This document shows, one piece after another, positions 61,075 through 64,000 of a stretch of DNA of 64,000 nucleotides (position 1 is its first letter; each line of letters begins with the position of its first letter). The notes below the pieces were generated by a model. It did no database searches and had not been told where the DNA came from. It was given only the letters and a program-made list of their open reading frames with translations. The DNA comes from Macrostomum lignano (Eukaryota): assembly GCA_002269645.1 (NCBI GenBank), contig NIVC01000385.1, positions 372,001 through 436,000 on the forward strand, written 5' to 3'. A program made the translations under genes and the position numbers.

Positions 61075-62099
61075 GTTTAAACTTAAACTTAAATTGAAGT
61101 CCTAACCTAACTTTCTAAGTCAATAACTAGAATTTATTTATGTAAACTATAACAATAAGTGAAAAGGACAATAACAACTAAGACCTAAGAAGCTTTCAGA
61201 CGAATTTTCTTCTTAAATAGTTTAATGCAAAGCAAGATAATTTCTGATTGTTCTGCTAAGAATATACGGGCCTATTATTTCTTTGTTAAGGCCTATGTTC
61301 AACTGCTTTACCTTCACTTCAGTTTCACCACTTTGTCTTTTTTAATAATAATGTCAGAACTTTACTTTAAATACTGCATTTAACAGCAGCAAATACATAA
61401 TTATTGAAAGCAGAAATCAAAGCCGTTTATAAAGGTTAACCAGAGACGAAACGAAGCCTAACAAGGAGTGTTCGTTGCATTGACAATAAAGCGAAACGTT
61501 GAGAACCACTAACAAAAATTGACAAACTAAAGACTAGATTTTAAAATCTACACAATTTATAACAAATGCTACTCCAAATAGAAATAACTATATAGAGAAA
61601 CTAATTTTATTATTAGAATATGCTGTGAGTCCTTTCGTCTGATTTGGCAAGACAACATCCGATTTTGCAAGACGAAAAAGTTAAAATACCGCATGCGCAA
61701 CTTTTTGCGAGTCCTGAGTGTTTTCAGGGGCAAGCGGCTGAAACCTGGGGTCTGGGCTGAGACCTAGCGCGTGCAAGCCAGCTAGTCAGCCAGACAAAAA
61801 AGTCAGTTAGCGTCACTGCAGTTCGCCCCAGCCACCACTGAAGTATAGCTGTAGTAGCTACATGCATGTACTACAGTTGGTCCGTGGTTTATCCTAAGCC
61901 ATCGCGCAATCCTGCTCCGTCGGGCTGCCCTAGTTGACAATGATCGACTTGATAGCAAACTTGACAGATCTTACTTGAAAATTCTAATAATTTTTGCTAA
62001 GAAATTATATAAGATCTAGCTGACTTGAAGTTTCTTCGCAGATCTGATAAGATCTTCCAAGATTTTGTAAGTCATCGTCAGATCTTGTCAGACGATTCG

Positions 62100-62460
62100 T
62101 AAGATTGTCAACTACAGTATAGGGTGATGCAGCAGGAGTCATGCAGCGGGCCAGCGCTAACGTCCAGACTTTCGGTCGCCGCGGCTGTGACTCCGAAGGC
62201 AGTGGACCCAGCAGCATCTCTGGTTCGGCGACGGCGCAGGGGTGGACGTTCATGTCTGGAACGTCGGCGTGGGCTATCAGTTCTCTGGAGGCGGCGCAAC
62301 CTCGGGAATAAGTGCACGCCCAGAGCGTAGCGCAGCAAGGGACCTAGCTGTAGAGCGCGTCCAGGGCTCGCTCCCGTGTGTCGGTAATCGGCACCGCTTC
62401 CAGTCGTACAGGAGGATCGGCTCCACGGCCGTGCGGACTTGAAGAGGCGCACCTTCAGGC
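62100..62460 (-). mobile_element. Degenerate 3' fragment of an RTE-like LINE ORF
   Basis: Across frameshifts reads LKVRLFKS..AVEPILLY..ERALD..LLRYALGVH..LRRRR, resembling the post-RT tail of RTE/RTE-X elements. Confidence 0.6.
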
Positions 62461-63445
62461 TGTCTTGGTGGGCGCCCCTGTCTCTTGGTGGGCGCCCCTT
62501 TCTCTTGATGAGCGCCCAGCTGTCTCTTGGTGGGCGCCCCTGTCTTTTGATGGGCGCCCCTCTCTCTTGATGAGCGCCCCTGTCTCTTGATGAGCGTCCC
62601 TCTCTCTTGGTGGGCGCCCCTGTCTCTTGGTGGGCGCCCCTGTCTCTTGATGAGCGCCCCTCTCTCTTGGTGGGCGCCCCTTTCTCTTGATGAGCGCCCC
62701 TCTCTCTTGGTGGGCGCCCCTGTCTCTTGATGAGCGCCCCTCTCTCTTGGTGGGCGCCCCTTTCTCTTGGTGGGCGCCCCTGTCTCTTGGTGTTGGTGGG
62801 CGCCCCTTTCTCTTGATGAGCGCCCAGCTGTCTCTTGGTGGGCGCCCCTGTCTCTTGATGAGCGCCCCTCTCTCTTGGTGGGCGCCCCTGTCTCTTGATG
62901 AGCTCCCCTGTCTTTTGATGAGCGCCCAGCTGTCTCTTGGTGGGCGCCCCTTTCTCTTGATGAGCGCCCCTCTCTCTTGGTGGGCGCCCCTTTCTCTTGA
63001 TGAGCGCCCCTCTCTCTTGGTGGGCGGCTCCTGTCTCTTGATGAGCGCCCCTCTCTCTTGGTGGGCGCCCCTGTCTCTTGATGAGCTCCCCTGTCTCTTG
63101 ATGAGCGCCCAGCTGTCTCTTGGTGGGCGCCCCTGTCTCTTGATGAGCGCCCCTCTCTCTTGGTGGGCGCCCCTTTCTCTTGATGAGCGCCCCTCTCTCT
63201 TGGTGGGCGCCCCTGTCTCTTGATGAGCGCCCCTCTCTCTTGGTGGGCGCCCCTTTCTCTTGGTGGGCGCCCCTGTCTCTTGGTGGGCGCCCCTTTCTCT
63301 TGATGAGCGCCCAGCTGTCTCTTGGTGGGCGCCCCTGTCTCTTGGTGAGCGCCCCTCTCTCTTGGTGGGCGCCCCTTTCTCTTGGTGAGCGCCCCTCTCT
63401 CTTGGTGGGCGCCCCTGTCTCTTGGTGGGCGCCCCTGTTTCTTGG
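62460..63445. repeat. About 20-bp minisatellite (tctcttggtgggcgcccctg), about 50 units
   Basis: Direct; reverse complement of the 6681-7262 family. Confidence 0.97.
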
Positions 63446-63822
63446 TGGAGCCCCGCGCAGCACATTAATAATTCAGTTTTAAACTAACCAGTTATAATGG
63501 AAATCAATGCCCAAACGAGGAGATTGTATATAATCATGTATTTGAATGAATAACTAGGAACGAGGTTGAAACAAAAATATATGTTAATTAGTTAGTTTGT
63601 ACTAGCAATCTACGCCCCCCGTTGGGGAGCCAAAGAAATGCAATACACGTTTTTTTAATAAGCTACATGTATCCTTGAAATCTTAAAAAATCTCCTGTCA
63701 AACCTTGTAAGCCTTGACATGTCAGTAATTCCCCCCCCACAAGCTTTAACATATCAACTTCCCCCCTTGACATCTCAGCAATGCCCCCAATAAGCCTTGG
63801 AAATCTAAAAATATCTGTCAAC

Positions 63823-63893
63823 CTTCTAACCCTAACCCTAGCCTAACCCTAACCCTAACCCTAACCCTAACCATAACCCTAACCTAACCCTAA
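63823..63893 (+). repeat. Interstitial telomere-like (CCCTAA)n, about 11 imperfect units
   Basis: Direct. Confidence 0.88.
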
Positions 63894-64000
63894 AGCATTG
63901 AAATTTCAGTAATTCTCTCTAAGAGTCATAATAGCACTACTACAGGATTATAGCGATTCCCTACAAGCCTCGACATCGTAGGGATTCCCAAATGAATCTC

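Overview
Eukaryotic (metazoan) genomic DNA with spliced genes and heavy satellite and transposon content. The architecture (compact genes, introns filled with minisatellites) suggests an invertebrate such as the flatworm Macrostomum; this is inference only, as I see no diagnostic marker. Gene models were built by hand from GT/GC-AG sites and reading-frame phase. Minus strand: ANKUB1 (partial), two tandem M-Ras paralogues, and a co-oriented run NIPP1/PPP1R8 - MRPL40 - PPWD1 - Mn-type CDF transporter - RanBP2/Nup358. Plus strand: a 6-exon orphan type-I membrane protein. The rest is about 20 tandem arrays, a tRNA-derived CORE-like SINE (3 copies), hAT and Tc1-like non-autonomous elements with TIRs/TSDs, a decayed Gypsy element with a nested solo LTR, a second copy of that LTR with PBS and gag remnant, an RTE-like LINE 3' fragment and an interstitial (CCCTAA)n. 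No CRISPR, rRNA or true tRNA gene was seen. Most long repetitive ORFs in the track are artefacts of satellites. Main leads: (1) an orphan gene, probably RFX-regulated, in which every intron carries a different satellite and one array may have grown out of a coding poly-Asp tract; (2) a candidate trans-spliced operon; (3) near-identical duplicated exons (M-Ras exon 1, RanBP2 RanBD-ZnF) between diverged introns; (4) TIR elements that appear to seed tandem arrays. Array boundaries and copy numbers are by-eye estimates.
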